DNA of 64,000 nucleotides from Haplodiscus bocki (Eukaryota): NCBI GenBank assembly GCA_965655095.1, contig OZ296658.1, positions 34,844,001 to 34,908,000 of the forward strand, read 5' to 3'. Shown piece by piece: positions 62,094 to 64,000 of this stretch (position 1 is its first letter; each line of letters starts with the position of its first letter). The notes under the pieces were generated by a model. It saw only the letters and a program-made list of their open reading frames with translations, ran no database searches and was not told where the DNA came from. The position numbers and the translations under genes were made by a program.

Positions 62094-64000
62094 AGTGAAC
62101 TTCTCTTTTGCACCTAACTTTAGTTTTGAAGTGCGCATCTCTAGGTCGCTTGGTAATAGCGATTTGAACTTTCGGGTACACGGCCTATTTTGATCTGGTA
62201 CATTTACATGCCATCAACATGCGAGAGCGAAAAATCCAGTCTGGGCCAACTGCCTATTTCGGAATCAAAATTGAGCTATCCAAAAATTGTGTTATTCCGT
62301 TGTAAATTCCGTTCAGCAGTAACAGTTTAAAGGTTTGCGATGTGCCACTTTTACCAACCTCAAAGTATTCAAAAGCTGTAGCATAAATTTAAGTGTTTTC
62401 TGTGGTCTTTACAGAAATTTACAGCAATTCTGAAGATTAATTTCATTGATATTCCCATTGGTTCTGTGACTGTTGAGTAATGTTTTTCCAAGAGCTTTTT
62501 ATAAAATGAACTAAAACCTTTTTTTGGCGGTGCTTCACTTTGTCCAAAATTCCTTTTCAGACCTCCTTGATTTGTAATCGAAACTCAACGTCGAAGCGTT
62601 ATCGAAATTTCAGGTGATTTTTTCCTCTCCTTGAACCATTTACCGCCCTGAAGCACCCGCTCACGTGGCACAAACGTTATTCATGTTCTTTGCTATTTAA
62701 TGTGCTCCTTTTGAAGCCAGATACAGTTTTGTGCTATCTTGTTGTATGATTCAATTTGATATCTTGAATGCTCAAAGACCTAATATTTTAAAGCATTTCT
62801 ACCATACCTGAAAGATACTGCTCAGTCTTTTTTGAGGTATTTTAGCGCGGAGATATCTAATTTTGGGAACCACTTGTTCATTTTCACTTTGGTCGCCATT
62901 ATTTGTTCTTTTATTTATGACTTAATCGTCAAAATTAAAAAAATGCGATAGATTGTTTGCTGTTGGAACGATGCATTGTATCATTAGGTGGGTCATTTTG
63001 TGAATACTGCAATACGGCTCTTCAACAACTTCCAGAAAAGTCTGAAGAAACAGGAAACTTTCATCTTTTATCTCTGAAGTGTTTTCCCATTCTTTTTTCA
63101 AAAACCGTTGAATTTTGAAAGGTTTTGGGTTTTATAAAGTTGTCTGCTTGAACATATAAAACCAAAAAATGCCGTAAAAGCCGAAGTCTTCGAAAATTTT
63201 CAAAAGTACAATGTACTTATCTAATTTTATTGATTAAACAATAATGTATTGGAGAAAATCTGAGGCTTTTTGAAACTCGCAACGCTTCTAGCAGCTTCAA
63301 ATTCTTTGTTTCTCAACATCAAAATTATATTCACCCCGGTCATAGTTTACTTTTGCCTAAATAATTTTTTTCGATGAATCCAAAGAGGTTTTTATGAATT
63401 TTTTTGACAATCAAGTCTTTCTCCTGCAAAACTAGCAACGGAGATTCTTCTAAAAACAACTGAGTCGACAGCTTCAGACGTGTAAACGGGTACTCACAAG
63501 TGTAGGGTCCATTTTTTTTCGTGGCCAGAATACGTTGACATCACAGAATTCCGGAAGGAGCCATTAGCTTTGATTGGATCCAAAGATTGTTCTTATTTTG
63601 GAAACTCACAACTACCCAAAACCACTCGTCTGATTTCTTGCTTCAAGGTTTCATTTGACGGATTGTAACTTGTCAAAGGGCAAAAACATTATAATACGGG
63701 ATTTCGATTTAGACATTGGAACGCTCAAAGACCGAAAATGTTAAAAAGCATCCAAAAGTTTTTAGCTTTTCTTGGTTATTAAACTCTGCTTTGTGCCTAA
63801 TTTACTTGATTAATTACTTCCAGCAATGTCTTTACTAACAGCATTTTATATTGTAGAAAAGCGTTCAGCACTGATAAATTGAATTCTCCTAATTTCAATT
63901 TAGGAAGACAGGGTTTTTGTCAGACAGGGTTTCTAACAAACCGGATAAATTTGGTTCTTATAGTCTTCAAAACTCAGTTCTCTCAAGTTTTCTACTTATT

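Noticed and set aside
62100-64000. Possible further decayed Polinton-like coding debris
   Set aside because: I could not identify any motif with enough confidence.

Overview
AT-rich, repeat-dominated animal genomic DNA with no intact host gene. The repeat families resemble those I recall from acoel worm assemblies, but this is unverified. (1) A 15.1-kb decayed Ty3/Gypsy LTR retrotransposon (11603-26711) with ~1.8-kb LTRs and a CCAAC/CTAAC target-site duplication (TSD). Its architecture is unusual: gag starts 188 codons inside the LTR and reads through the primer-binding site (PBS). It has a -1 gag-pol slippery site whose downstream 12-mer is exactly complementary to a sequence 9.1 kb away. 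It carries a large spliced antisense gene with a BED-like zinc finger and a third sense ORF that ends inside the 3' LTR, and it has no polypurine tract (PPT) next to the 3' LTR. (2) Two more LTRs of that family (1-1647 and 60151-62093, the latter solo with an AGTGA TSD) and a remnant of a related family (~50119-52983). (3) A decayed endogenous Maverick/Polinton (adintovirus-type) of ~11 kb (38295-~49100), with one AGTAGT terminus and protease, major and minor capsid, core protein, integrase, packaging ATPase and pPolB remnants, plus several other pPolB fossils. (4) Two convergent pseudogenised paralogues of a stonustoxin-like MACPF + FN3 + P-loop GTPase + Cys-rich fusion gene (31827-35709 +; 52984-57995 -). 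The second is interrupted by a 1.5-kb solo LTR that reads as an in-frame intron. (5) A 1.2-kb 9-bp-period tandem array. All protein family calls come from motif recognition by eye, not database searches.
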